Shown: positions 21,418 to 31,952 of the stretch, piece by piece
Numbering within the stretch: the stretch's first letter is position 1
How the letters are laid out: each line of letters starts with the position of its first letter
From: an uncultured Clostridia bacterium
GTDB lineage: Bacteria > Bacillota > Clostridia > TANB77 > CAG-508
DNA: 64,000 bases
NCBI GenBank assembly: GCA_944386725.1
Contig: CALXCE010000003.1
Location: 26,106 to 90,105, forward strand
Reading direction: 5' to 3'
Notes under the pieces: model-generated
Database searches by the model: none
Told to the model about the DNA's origin: nothing
What the model saw: the letters and a program-made list of their open reading frames with translations, nothing else
Position numbers and translations under genes: made by a program

Positions 21418-22644
21418 TTATTTTAACATTTCAATTGCTTTTTGTAATTGTGTATCATCTTTTTCTTCCACTGCTAAAATATTTTCAACTGTATCTGGTA
21501 ATTCTACTATTACATCTGGTTCAATTCCAATTTCATTGATTTGAGTTTTGTTTGGCGTTAAATATTTTTCGGATGTAATTTTTAGTCCACTTCCATCTGG
21601 TAAAGATAATACTTGTTGAATCACACCTTTTCCATAAGTTGTAATTCCCACTATCTTGGCCTTTCCTAAATCTTTTAATGCACCTGCTAATATTTCTGAT
21701 GAACTTGCCGTATTTTCATTCGTTAAAATAATAATTGGTACATTGATAATTGGATCATTTTCAGATTTTTTTACTTCTTCATTATTATTTTTGTCTACCT
21801 CATATAATAATACTGACCCTTTATCTACTATATAATCTGCTATTTTTAATGCTTCATCTACAATTCCTCCACCATTGTTTCTTAAATCAATAATCAAGGA
21901 ATCAATACCTTGCTTTTGTAATTCTTCATATTTTGCTTTAAAGTCCTCTGCTGTTCCTTCATCAAAAGAAGAAAATTCAATATATCCTATATGATTGTTT
22001 AGCACTTTCCCCTCTACAGGATTTACTTTGATGGTTTCTCTTGTTAACGCAAAAGTCTTTGTTTCAGTTCCTCTCAATATTTCAACTTTTACATTAGTTC
22101 CCTCTTCCCCTTTTATTTTAGCAGAAACCTCTGTCATGTCATCAGCTGTATATTGGACATCATCTACTGCTATAATTAAATCTCCTGGCAAAATTCCAGC
22201 TTTTTCTGCTGGACTATTTTTAATTGGTGCTAATACTTGTATTTTATCCACTTCAGTATTTTTCACCATATAAATACCAATACCAACAAAATTTCCCATA
22301 GTATCATCTAAATAATCTTGCATATCTTCTTTTGATATGTATTCTGTATAAGGATCTTCTAACCCTTCAATATAGCCTTTGATAGCTCCCTCTTTTAGTT
22401 TTTCTTCGTCTACTTCTCCTAAATAATATTTGTTTATAATCGATTTATATTTATTAAGAGTTGTGGCAATATCGGAATTAGATGACGTTGTAGCCCATAT
22501 AGAAAAGTTATCTCCATTTTTATTTAAAAAATATTGATACATTCCTATTGATGTACACAAAAATGTAATAAATGCTACTAATATAACTAGCATTATAATT
22601 TTATATGTTTTAAATCTTTTTTTTACTTCCATTTTTACAATCAT
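21418..22644 (-). CDS. ctpA: S41 carboxy-terminal processing protease with PDZ domain
   Basis: GIGIYM PDZ, IDLRNNGGG, TASSSEI, TYGKGVIQ. Confidence 0.9.
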   Translation of the reverse strand: MIVKMEVKKRFKTYKIIMLVILVAFITFLCTSIGMYQYFLNKNGDNFSIWATTSSNSDIATTLNKYKSIINKYYLGEVDEEKLKEGAIKGYIEGLEDPYTEYISKEDMQDYLDDTMGNFVGIGIYMVKNTEVDKIQVLAPIKNSPAEKAGILPGDLIIAVDDVQYTADDMTEVSAKIKGEEGTNVKVEILRGTETKTFALTRETIKVNPVEGKVLNNHIGYIEFSSFDEGTAEDFKAKYEELQKQGIDSLIIDLRNNGGGIVDEALKIADYIVDKGSVLLYEVDKNNNEEVKKSENDPIINVPIIILTNENTASSSEILAGALKDLGKAKIVGITTYGKGVIQQVLSLPDGSGLKITSEKYLTPNKTQINEIGIEPDVIVELPDTVENILAVEEKDDTQLQKAIEMLK

Positions 22645-22686
22645 TCCTCTCTAGACCCACCTATTAGTTCTCTCTAACTGATAAAC

Positions 22687-22708
22687 TGGACGGAGGTTTT
22701 TCCGTCCA
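22687..22708. repeat. short GGACGG hairpin, REP-like or terminator
   Basis: TGGACGGA-GGTTTT-TCCGTCCA; shares the GGACG core with other elements. Confidence 0.5.
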
Positions 22709-22737
22709 TATTATTATATGTATTTCTTGTTATTATA

Positions 22738-23922
22738 TTATAAATAATTTGCTGGATTTACTCTAATTCCATTTAGCCATACCTCAAAATGTAAATGATA
22801 TCCTGTAGAATTTCCTGTTGTTCCAACACTCATAATTTGTTGACCTTGACTTACACTTTGCCCTTGACTAACTAACCTTGAACCAGGTGCTCCATGAGCA
22901 TATAATGTCATTGTACCATCATGATGATTGATAACAATATATTCTCCATAACTTCTATAAGTTCCATCTGGATTTACTAATGCTGTTGAAGTGATAACTG
23001 TACCACTTTTAGCTGCTAATACAGGTTTACCAGCTATCCCTGAACCGCTAAAGTCTACTCCTGTATGACCTTTATATCCATACCATCCGCAAGTAATACT
23101 ATACCCATTTACTGGTTTTATAAAACCTCCTGCACTTACTGTATTAGAAGATCCATTACTTCCACTAGAAGTCGAATTACTTCCACTTGCTACATTATTT
23201 GCTGCTTCTTGTCTAGCTATTGCTGCTAATTGATTTGCAATGTCTCTCTTATCTTGTTCAAATTGTTCTAATTCTTCTTGTTTTTGTTTTTCATCTTCTG
23301 ACAATTTCGCTACTTGTTGATTTTTTTCGTTTTTAGCAGTTTGTAATTGCGTTGTAACACTTTGTTTACTAGCTTTTGATGTATCTAATTCTTGTTTATC
23401 TTTTTCTAATTTTTGTTTTGCTTGTTCTATTTCTTGTTTTTGTTTTTGAATGCTCTCTAATAATTCCGTATCGCTAGTTGCTATTTCTGTCACCAAATAA
23501 TAATTTGAAATTAAGTCTGTAATACTATCAGATGACAACAAAAAATCTAAATAGGAGGTTTCCCCTGCCTCATAAGTTGCCACTAATCTAGCCTCTAATA
23601 ATTGTTCTTGCTTAGTATAATCTTCTTGAGCTTTTTCTAATTGTTTTTCCGATTCTTCTATTTTGGTATGTAATTGTGTAATTTGATTATCTAATTGATC
23701 AATCTGTGTCTGATACTCAGATATTTGAACGGTTATGTCTTCTACTTGTTGCATGGTTTCTGACTTTTCATTTTGTATGTTATTTAAAGCTTCTTCTGCT
23801 TCATCAATTTTTTTATTTGTTTCATTTAAGTCACTTTGAGATACTGCTAATGCTATGCTACTTTGTAATAAAAATATACTAATTACAAATACTCCTATTA
23901 TTTTAAATCCTATTTTTTTCAT
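22738..23922 (-). CDS. coiled-coil + M23 peptidase (EnvC/CwlO-like)
   Basis: Signal peptide, coiled coil, HTGVD, HLHFEV. Confidence 0.9.
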   Translation of the reverse strand: MKKIGFKIIGVFVISIFLLQSSIALAVSQSDLNETNKKIDEAEEALNNIQNEKSETMQQVEDITVQISEYQTQIDQLDNQITQLHTKIEESEKQLEKAQEDYTKQEQLLEARLVATYEAGETSYLDFLLSSDSITDLISNYYLVTEIATSDTELLESIQKQKQEIEQAKQKLEKDKQELDTSKASKQSVTTQLQTAKNEKNQQVAKLSEDEKQKQEELEQFEQDKRDIANQLAAIARQEAANNVASGSNSTSSGSNGSSNTVSAGGFIKPVNGYSITCGWYGYKGHTGVDFSGSGIAGKPVLAAKSGTVITSTALVNPDGTYRSYGEYIVINHHDGTMTLYAHGAPGSRLVSQGQSVSQGQQIMSVGTTGNSTGYHLHFEVWLNGIRVNPANYL

Positions 23923-23943
23923 AAGTTCCTCCTATTTTTTCTT

Positions 23944-25146
23944 TTAATTTGATGTATTTTCCGTTGTTTCATTTGCTGTGTCTTGACTTTGTGTGGTTGG
24001 CACTAATCCGTTTGTGATATATGGTAATGGGTCTGTTGTAACACCCTTTAGTCTGACCTCAAAATGAGCATGTGGCCCTGTTGAATATCCCGTGGAGCCA
24101 ACCTTTAAAACTACGGTTTCCCCTCTTTTCACATAATCGCCTACCTGTACCATTATTTCTGATCCATGTGCATATAATGTAGAAACACCACCACCATGGT
24201 CTATGATTACCATATTACCATAAGCACTATTATACTCTGCCTTTACAACAATTCCGTCATTGGCAGCTACAAAGTTTGCTCCTGTTGGAGCACTAACATC
24301 TACACCTGTATGTAACTTATATACTCCTGTAATCGGATGTGTCCTCATTCCATATTTAGAAGTAACTCTGGTATATCCTGGAATTGGCCATGCTAATTCT
24401 CCTCCTATATATTGAGTGTCTATTCCTTGTAAAGCTAATGCTAATATTTCTTTATTTATCTCAGCAAATCTACTATTGTATTCATCAATTTGAGTTTGTA
24501 TCTCTTTTTCTTGGTCAGATAATTTTGCTATATAATTTTCTCTTACAATCTTTGTATTTTCCAATATCTTTGCCGTTCTCGTCTGATTTTGCTTAATGGT
24601 TGCATATTGTTCTTGCGTACTATCTAATTTCTCTTTGGCTAATTCGATTTCATCTTTTTGTGCCTTCATATCTTCTAATAATTCAGTATCATAATTAGCT
24701 AATTCTGTAATTAGGAAATAATTGGATAAGAACTCAGAAACACTTCTAGAGCTTAATATAACATCCAAATATTGTGTATCACTGGTTTCGTACATAGCTA
24801 CCAGTCTTTGTTCCAATATTTCTTTTTGTCGATTGTATTTTTCTTCTGCTACTTTTAGCTTTTCCTCTACTTCATTAATTTGCTCTTGCAATTGTGTAAT
24901 TTTAGTATTTAGTTCATCTAACTCTACTTGTGAAGTCTCTATTTTTTCGTCTAATTTCTGAACTTGCTGAAGATTCTCCGATAGTTCATCTTGCACGTCT
25001 TCCAATTCACCTGTTGCATCATTGATCTGATTTTGTAATTCCTCTTGCTGTGTTTGTAAGTCTGTTATTTCTTCCGCTCGCACATAAGAAACAATACTAA
25101 AACTACAAATTAGGAAAGCTAAAACAATACATAAAATTTTACGCAT
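23944..25146 (-). CDS. coiled-coil + M23 peptidase (EnvC-like)
   Basis: Signal peptide, coiled coil, HPITG..HTGVD, GPHAHFEV. Confidence 0.9.
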   Translation of the reverse strand: MRKILCIVLAFLICSFSIVSYVRAEEITDLQTQQEELQNQINDATGELEDVQDELSENLQQVQKLDEKIETSQVELDELNTKITQLQEQINEVEEKLKVAEEKYNRQKEILEQRLVAMYETSDTQYLDVILSSRSVSEFLSNYFLITELANYDTELLEDMKAQKDEIELAKEKLDSTQEQYATIKQNQTRTAKILENTKIVRENYIAKLSDQEKEIQTQIDEYNSRFAEINKEILALALQGIDTQYIGGELAWPIPGYTRVTSKYGMRTHPITGVYKLHTGVDVSAPTGANFVAANDGIVVKAEYNSAYGNMVIIDHGGGVSTLYAHGSEIMVQVGDYVKRGETVVLKVGSTGYSTGPHAHFEVRLKGVTTDPLPYITNGLVPTTQSQDTANETTENTSN

Positions 25147-25156
25147 GTTTTCTCCT

Positions 25157-26057
25157 TTATACTTTTAAATATTTTCTCATAGAAATGACACTTCCGGATA
25201 GCTCCTATTCCAATTCCTAGTAACATATAAACAAATATAATAGAATTAAACATATCACCAAAAGTGACTAAACTCATATTGATTACTTGCATAAATTCAG
25301 AATTTACCATTTTTTCTGCTATGAAAGTATAACCAGCTCCCACTATGGCAATTGATATAGTACTTGCTACCACGCCAATTATCATACCTTCTACAATAAA
25401 TGGCCATCTAATAAATCCATTCGTTGCTCCTACATATTTCATAATAGATATTTCTTTTCTTCTAGCATGAACTGTAAGTTTAATGGTATTGGCTATAATG
25501 AATACTGATATGATAATCAATAAAATTAAAATCACTCCTGTTACAATTTTAATACCATTGGCTAAATTGATTAGCGTTGTAACAGTTTCATCTTTACTGG
25601 TTATTTTCTTAATGTTGTCAAATGTTAAAATTTGGTCTTGTACCTCTTGACTTTTTGTCAAGTCTGTTAAGGTTATCACATAGGAAGCTGGAAAAATATT
25701 GTTTTCTTCATATCCACTTAATAAGTCTTGTTTATCTCCAAATTTTTCTTTCATTTGATTTAAAGCATCCTCTTTGGATACAAATTCAACAGTGCTAACT
25801 CCATCTAAAGCTCTTAATTTCTCACCAACTTCATCCATTTGTTCTTGTGTTGCATCATTATTAATAAATACTTGTATTCCCTGTGCCGATTCAATTTCTG
25901 CTACAAAATGATTTATATTTTGTGTTAGGATTAAAAAAATTCCAAAAATAATCATGGTGGCACACATAATCATAAGGGATGCTCCTGTTGATTTTTTGTT
26001 TTTGAATACGTTTCCAATTCCTTCTCCAATTAAATATCCAAATCTATTATATTTCAC
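25157..26057 (-). CDS. ftsX: cell division permease FtsX, with +1 break at CGG 25194-25196
   Basis: RRKEISIMKYVGATNGFIRWPF; skipping one C gives GAIGSVISMRKYLKV* ending just before the next RBS. Confidence 0.9.
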
Positions 26058-26733
26058 AATCATACCCACCTTTTTTATCATCTCTTACTATTTCGCCTTT
26101 GCGTATATGGATAACTCTTTTTTTCATTTTATCTACAATATCTTTCGCATGTGTTGCTACAACAACTGTTGTTCCCCTCATATTGATATCATTCAATAAA
26201 TTCATAATATCCCAAGCTGTATCTGGGTCTAGGTTTCCTGTTGGTTCGTCAGCAATTAACATAGATGGATTGTTTACTAAAGCTCTTGCTAAGGCTACCC
26301 TTTGTTGCTCTCCACCAGATAATTCATTTGGATACATTTTTGCCTTACCACTTAATCCAACTAAAGAAAGTACCATTGGAACTTGCCTTCTGATATGTCT
26401 TGGTGTGGCTCTTACGATATACATAGCATAAGCAACATTATCATAAACAGTTTTATCTGGTAAAAGTCTAAAATCTTGGAATACCACTCCCATACTTCTC
26501 CTTAGGTAAGGAATTCTACTTGGTTTTAAAAAAGTTGTATCTTTACCATTGATAATAATATTTCCTGACGTTGGTTCTTCTTCCTTTAAAATTAATTTAA
26601 TAAGAGTTGATTTCCCACTTCCTGATGAACCTACTAAAAATGCAAACTCTCCTTTATCGATTACAAAATTGGCATTTTTAACAGCTTTTGTGCCTGTATC
26701 GTATGTTTTTACTACATTTCTAAATTCTATCAT
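26047..26733 (-). CDS. ftsE: cell division ATP-binding protein FtsE
   Basis: GSSGSGKST, VVFQDFRLL, LSGGEQQRV, ADEPTGNLDP. Confidence 0.96.
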   Translation of the reverse strand: MIEFRNVVKTYDTGTKAVKNANFVIDKGEFAFLVGSSGSGKSTLIKLILKEEEPTSGNIIINGKDTTFLKPSRIPYLRRSMGVVFQDFRLLPDKTVYDNVAYAMYIVRATPRHIRRQVPMVLSLVGLSGKAKMYPNELSGGEQQRVALARALVNNPSMLIADEPTGNLDPDTAWDIMNLLNDINMRGTTVVVATHAKDIVDKMKKRVIHIRKGEIVRDDKKGGYDCEI

Positions 26734-26959
26734 TTTTGTTTCTCCTTGCCTTTTGTTTTTTCTACCTCTTTTATCTAATTATTTATACTTTTTTCCATTC
26801 TATCTAATCATAACAATAAAGTTCTTTTTTTGCAATACTTTTTTAGCAAAAAAATGATAGAAAATGTTGGCTTTTTTACATTTTCTATCATTTTTCTTTC
26901 ATTTTCTTCTTTTTGTAAAATTCACAAAAAATTCACAATTATAATTTTCGCATAATATA

Positions 26960-26984
26960 AAAGACACCCTTATGGATGCCTTTT
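26960..26984 (-). terminator. terminator after 91-aa ORF
   Basis: AAAGGCATCC-ATAA-GGGTGTCTTTT. Confidence 0.55.
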
Positions 26985-27009
26985 ATGGTTAGGAATTTTT
27001 ATTTATTAT

Positions 27010-27285
27010 TTAACTATACATTTGATTAAAAATATCTAATGGACTTCCTATAACATATATTTCCTTATCATTTATTAACGTAATACAACTAGTTTGAGAA
27101 ACATCTATATTTAGGTCATCAATTATTTTTTTCATTCTCTCATCAAGAACATCACATGTTAGTGAGGGAAGTAATTTGTATTCAGTAATATTTTTAATTC
27201 TACTGGTTGTTATAACTGTGTTTCTTATTTCTACTTCTTCACCAGCAGTTTTGTGTATTTCTGCTATAAGGATATATTGTTTCAT
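27010..27285 (-). CDS. hypothetical protein (91 aa)
   Basis: AGAAAGGA RBS, own terminator; no recognisable motif. Confidence 0.6.
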   Translation of the reverse strand: MKQYILIAEIHKTAGEEVEIRNTVITTSRIKNITEYKLLPSLTCDVLDERMKKIIDDLNIDVSQTSCITLINDKEIYVIGSPLDIFNQMYS

Positions 27286-27503
27286 TAAGTCTGTTCATCC
27301 TTTCTTAATTACTAAGAATTGATAGTTTCTATTGCCTTAATCTACCCTAACCACGTAGATTTTCTCTAAGGATTAAAACACTTTAGAGATAATCTTATTA
27401 TAACATAATTCACATAAACATTCAAGTTATTTTATTTCCATTATTCTCATATTTAATAACGATTTTAACCTAAAACATTTAAAAGGTATTGTCTATGAAT
27501 AAT

Positions 27504-28433
27504 TTATTTGTTACAAAATTTCTCCACAATAGCTTTTGAAGTTAATCCAAAATACTCGATTAATTTTTCTGCTTTACCAGACTTTCCAAATATATCTTTC
27601 ATTCCCATTCTTTCCAATTTTGTTGGACATTCCTCTATTAAAACTTCACTAATTGCTGACCCTAACCCACCAATGATACTATGGTCTTCAACAGATACTA
27701 GTTTTTTCGTTTCTTGTGCACATTTGATAATCCTATCTCTATCAATTGGCTTGATAGTATGAACATCTACTACTCTAATATCAATGCCTTGTAATCTCAA
27801 CTCTTCTTGTGCTTTAATGGCTTCGGCTACTGTTACCCCTGTTGCAAATACCGTTCCATCTCTCCCTTCTCCTATTTGAATTGCCTTTCCAATTTCGAAT
27901 TTTTGATTTTCTTCGTAAATAATTGACGTTGCTAATCTTGCTAATCTTACATAAACTGGTCCATTGATTTTACTAATTTCTTGAATTACCCATCTAGTTT
28001 GCGTATCGTCAGATGGTGAAATAACTGTCATATTTGGTAATGTTCTCATTAATGAGATATCTTCTAACATCTGGTGAGTAGCACCATCTTCTCCTACGGT
28101 AATTCCTGCATGAGTAGCACAAATTTTAACATTTAAATTTGGATAACAAATGCTATTTCTAATTTGATCATATCCTCTTCCTGCTGCAAATACTGCAAAA
28201 GTGCTAGCATATGGAATTTTATCACAAGTTGCTAGTCCTGCCGCTGTTCCTAACATATTTTCTTCTGCTATTCCCATATCAAAAAATCGATTTGGATATT
28301 CTTTGGCAAATAAATTCGTTTTGGTAGCACCTGCTAAATCTGCATCTAGTACTACAATTCTTCCATTTTCTTTTCCTAATTTCACTAAAGTTTCTCCATA
28401 ACTTTGACGAGTTGCTATTTTTTCTTCTTTCAT
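27504..28433 (-). CDS. transketolase C-terminal subunit
   Basis: VLDADLAGAT, DMGIAEENM, GEDGATHQ, IKPID. Confidence 0.93.
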   Translation of the reverse strand: MKEEKIATRQSYGETLVKLGKENGRIVVLDADLAGATKTNLFAKEYPNRFFDMGIAEENMLGTAAGLATCDKIPYASTFAVFAAGRGYDQIRNSICYPNLNVKICATHAGITVGEDGATHQMLEDISLMRTLPNMTVISPSDDTQTRWVIQEISKINGPVYVRLARLATSIIYEENQKFEIGKAIQIGEGRDGTVFATGVTVAEAIKAQEELRLQGIDIRVVDVHTIKPIDRDRIIKCAQETKKLVSVEDHSIIGGLGSAISEVLIEECPTKLERMGMKDIFGKSGKAEKLIEYFGLTSKAIVEKFCNK

Positions 28434-29356
28434 TTCATTCTCCTTCCCAAAAAGGATTTGGGAACGTTCCTAAATCCCTCACACCATTCTTCTATAATCT
28501 GATTTGGTATTTTCAAGTTTCCTTTTCCAACTCCTAGATGGATGCCTGGTTTGTTGTCTCCATGGTAGTCACATCCACCGCTCTTATACAATCCTCTTTT
28601 TTCACACACTTCTAAAACATACTTAATTTCTTTCTCCGAAAATTGACTGTAATAACACTCTATTCCATCAAACTCATAATTGCTAATTAGGTCATCAATT
28701 AAAGCTTTCTTGTTTGTCGCCCAATCATAAATATAGATATGTGCTAAAAATGCAAGTCCTCCAGCATCATGTATTTGTTTCATTCCTTCTTCTATTGTTG
28801 GAACATCTGAAGATTTATCGATATAAAATATACTATCTTTGGAATAACAATGGTGATATCTAAAATTACTATAGCTTTCCCATAAATCTTTTGGACATTT
28901 TCTCTCATTTTCTGGATGACTTTTTATTTCTTTATATATAATAACATTTGCCCAATCGTGATCTGGATCCCACTTAATTTCTTCATATGGTATTAATGTA
29001 CACCCTACTTTTTGAAAGGTATTATATTGTGATTTTAAATATTTTGTTTGTATTTGAGCATGTGTTTTATCTTTATAGAAGTTATCTGACCATCGTTGGA
29101 TTTTATCGGTATCAATTCCATAGCCTAATATATCAATGATTCTCCCTTTATATGCTACTTTTATTTCCACACCTGGTATTAAAGTTCCATGATAATATTG
29201 TTTTAAATTTCTTTCTTCTATTTCTTTGTATGCCATGCAATTTTCATGATCTGTTATAGATATATAGTCTAATCCAATTCGCTGTGCTTCTTTTAATATT
29301 TCTTTTACTGTTTTTGTTCCATCTGAATACGTTGTATGAATATGCATATCTATCAT
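28430..29356 (-). CDS. PHP-domain phosphoesterase
   Basis: DMHIHTTYSDG, ITDHE, LAHIY, GGCDYHG. Confidence 0.9.
   Translation of the reverse strand: MIDMHIHTTYSDGTKTVKEILKEAQRIGLDYISITDHENCMAYKEIEERNLKQYYHGTLIPGVEIKVAYKGRIIDILGYGIDTDKIQRWSDNFYKDKTHAQIQTKYLKSQYNTFQKVGCTLIPYEEIKWDPDHDWANVIIYKEIKSHPENERKCPKDLWESYSNFRYHHCYSKDSIFYIDKSSDVPTIEEGMKQIHDAGGLAFLAHIYIYDWATNKKALIDDLISNYEFDGIECYYSQFSEKEIKYVLEVCEKRGLYKSGGCDYHGDNKPGIHLGVGKGNLKIPNQIIEEWCEGFRNVPKSFLGRRMK
28453..28479. repeat. REP-like element, subtype C, inside the PHP 3' end
   Basis: GGATTTGGGAACGTTCCTAAATCC near-perfect palindrome, translated as GFRNVPKS. Confidence 0.75.
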
Positions 29357-29360
29357 TTCT

Positions 29361-30197
29361 TTATTCCCCTCTCAATTCCTCTATTGCTTGTTTATACTGT
29401 TCTTCATTGGGAGCTTTTCCATGCCAACCAGCTTGATTTTCCATGAAGGCTACTCCTTTTCCTTTTATCGTTTTAGCTATGATACAAGTTGGTTTTCCTT
29501 TTACATTCCTAGCTACTTCAAATGCTTTTATAATTTCTTCTATATCATGTCCATTAATGTTAATAACTTGAAAACCAAAACTTCTAAATTTTTCATCAAT
29601 TGGATAAGAACTCATTACCTCTTCTATGGTTCCATCAATTTGTAAATTATTATTGTCCACAATCACGCATAAATTGTCTAATTTATATTTGTTTGCAGCC
29701 ATTGCTGCTTCCCAAATTTGACCCTCTTCGATTTCTCCATCTCCTAAAACACAATAAACTCTATAACCTTTTTTATCCATTTTCCCTGCAATTGCCATTC
29801 CATTAGCAACAGATAGTCCTTGCCCTAAAGAACCTGTTGTCATATCAACTCCTGGTACTTTGTTTTTATCTGGATGTCCTTGTAGATAACTATGGATGTC
29901 CCTAAAAGTTTTCAAATCTTCCACTGGAAAAAAACCTCGATTGGCTAAACAACTATATAAGGCTGGAGAACAATGACCTTTCGATAATACAAATCTATCT
30001 CTTTCTTCCCAATTTGGATTCTCAGGATTGATGTTCATTTCCTTAAAATATAATACCGTTAAGATATCTGTTATAGAAAGTGACCCCCCTGGATGTCCTG
30101 ATTTTGCATAATATACTTCATCAATAATGTCCTCTCTTACCTTTCTTGCCTCCTGTTCCAATTCTTGTATTTCTGTTTTTTCCAAAGCTACACACAC
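29361..30197 (-). CDS. transketolase N-terminal subunit
   Basis: SGHPGGSLS, DRFVLSKGH, GSLGQGLS, GDGEIEEG..EA, WHGK. Confidence 0.95.
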   Translation of the reverse strand: MCVALEKTEIQELEQEARKVREDIIDEVYYAKSGHPGGSLSITDILTVLYFKEMNINPENPNWEERDRFVLSKGHCSPALYSCLANRGFFPVEDLKTFRDIHSYLQGHPDKNKVPGVDMTTGSLGQGLSVANGMAIAGKMDKKGYRVYCVLGDGEIEEGQIWEAAMAANKYKLDNLCVIVDNNNLQIDGTIEEVMSSYPIDEKFRSFGFQVININGHDIEEIIKAFEVARNVKGKPTCIIAKTIKGKGVAFMENQAGWHGKAPNEEQYKQAIEELRGE

Positions 30198-30313
30198 CTT
30201 TCTCTTTTATTTTATAGTTATATTTTATCCTTTTCTATGAAATATTGTCAACCTATTTAGTTCTATTTTTTTGTATACTATCATATATTTTATCAATTGA
30301 AAGGACTGGTTAT

Positions 30314-31726
30314 ATGATAGAAAAATATATAGAAAACCACAAAAATGAAATCATTCAAAAAACACAAGAACTAATCCAGATACCAAGTGTCATCGCTCCT
30401 TCTAGTAATCCTAGACACCCTTTCGGGAAACCTATTAATGATGCATTAGAATATATGTTAGACCTTGGTAAAAGCTTAGGATTTCGAACCAAAAACATAG
30501 ACGGCTATTGTGGTTATATTGAATTTGGTAAGGGCAAAGAATTAATTGGAATTATTGGACATTTAGATGTTGTACCTGAAGGAGATGACTGGACATATCC
30601 TCCTTTTCGTGGTACTATTTCCAATCATAAAATTTATGGTAGAGGAGCTATTGACGACAAAGGCCCTATTATTAGTTCTTTATTTGCAATGAAAGCTGTG
30701 GCAGATACGTGCCAAGTTCACAAACGTATTCGATTAATTTTAGGATTAAATGAAGAAAATGATTGGAAATGCATTGATTATTATAAAAGACATGAAGAAT
30801 CTCCTTCTATTGGCTTTAGTCCAGACGCTGATTTTCCATGTATCTATTCAGAAAAAGCTATTTCAACTTTCTACTTTAAAATGGACTATTCTACTTTTTT
30901 AGATAAAGATATTGTCATAAAAGAAGTGAATACTTATGGTAATCCAATTAATGTTGTTCCTAAACTTTGTAGTATTATACTAAGAATAAAGCCTGATAAA
31001 ATCAAAATGTGTGACCTTATTCAAAATCTAAAAAATATCATAAAAGAAACAAATTTTGAAATTGACATTTATAAAATAGATGAAGAAGAAATAAAGCTTA
31101 CTTCTCATGGAGTACTTAGCCATGCTGCTCATCCTGATTTAGGTATAAATGCGATTTCTCGATTAATCATTATTTTATCTAAAATATTTGATTTATACAA
31201 AATTAAAATAGAGTTATTTGATTTTTTTGCGACTTATATTAACACACAATATTATGGAGAAAATTTAGGAATTAATTTCGAAGATAACTCTGGAAAATTG
31301 ACTTTAAATGTTGGAGATTTTTATTTTAAAAATAACATACTCCAAATTGGTTTAAATCTCCGCCTTCCTATTACGGCGAATATACTTGAAGTTGGAAACA
31401 GCTTTATTAAATATACGAGTCCTTATTTGAATGTTGATTTTGATAGAATTTCTTATAAGCCAGCTTTATATATTCCAAAAAATAATAAGTTAGTGAAAAT
31501 TCTTTGCGATGTTTATAATAAAGAAACAAATTCTAATTTAGAACCAATTGCCATTGGTGGTGCTACTTATGCACGTGCTTTTGATAATTGCATTTCTTTT
31601 GGTCCTAATTTTCCTGGCGATAAAGATATGTGCCACCAGACAGATGAGTTTATTGCTATTGATAAGTTACTACTTTCTTGTAAGATTTATGCTAAGGCAA
31701 TTTTGGCTTTAAATGAATTAGAATAA
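30314..31726 (+). CDS. pepV: M20 dipeptidase (PepV/Sapep family)
   Basis: GHLDVVP, GRGAIDDKGP, NEENDW, GGATYAR, HQTDE; start ATG 30314. Confidence 0.88.
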   Translation: MIEKYIENHKNEIIQKTQELIQIPSVIAPSSNPRHPFGKPINDALEYMLDLGKSLGFRTKNIDGYCGYIEFGKGKELIGIIGHLDVVPEGDDWTYPPFRGTISNHKIYGRGAIDDKGPIISSLFAMKAVADTCQVHKRIRLILGLNEENDWKCIDYYKRHEESPSIGFSPDADFPCIYSEKAISTFYFKMDYSTFLDKDIVIKEVNTYGNPINVVPKLCSIILRIKPDKIKMCDLIQNLKNIIKETNFEIDIYKIDEEEIKLTSHGVLSHAAHPDLGINAISRLIIILSKIFDLYKIKIELFDFFATYINTQYYGENLGINFEDNSGKLTLNVGDFYFKNNILQIGLNLRLPITANILEVGNSFIKYTSPYLNVDFDRISYKPALYIPKNNKLVKILCDVYNKETNSNLEPIAIGGATYARAFDNCISFGPNFPGDKDMCHQTDEFIAIDKLLLSCKIYAKAILALNELE

Positions 31727-31732
31727 TTATCC

Positions 31733-31918
31733 AAAAAGTCAAGCTATCATAATTTTAAAAAAGGTTTTCGTTCAATTAATTTTCATAGAAATTCTAAATG
31801 GATTTTATGGCACCCTTCCACGTCAAGCGTGAACTCTTTCCATAAAATCCATTAAAAATTTCTAATTTAATTAATTTCAATTCAAACCTTTTTTAAAATT
31901 ATGATAGCTTGACTTTTT
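31733..31918. repeat. 186-bp long inverted-repeat element
   Basis: 35-bp perfect terminal IR (31733-31767/31884-31918) plus nested 14-bp IR (31797-31810/31840-31853). Confidence 0.85.
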
Positions 31919-31952
31919 TATAACTTTTTTAATCACAAATAGCACAAAAAAA

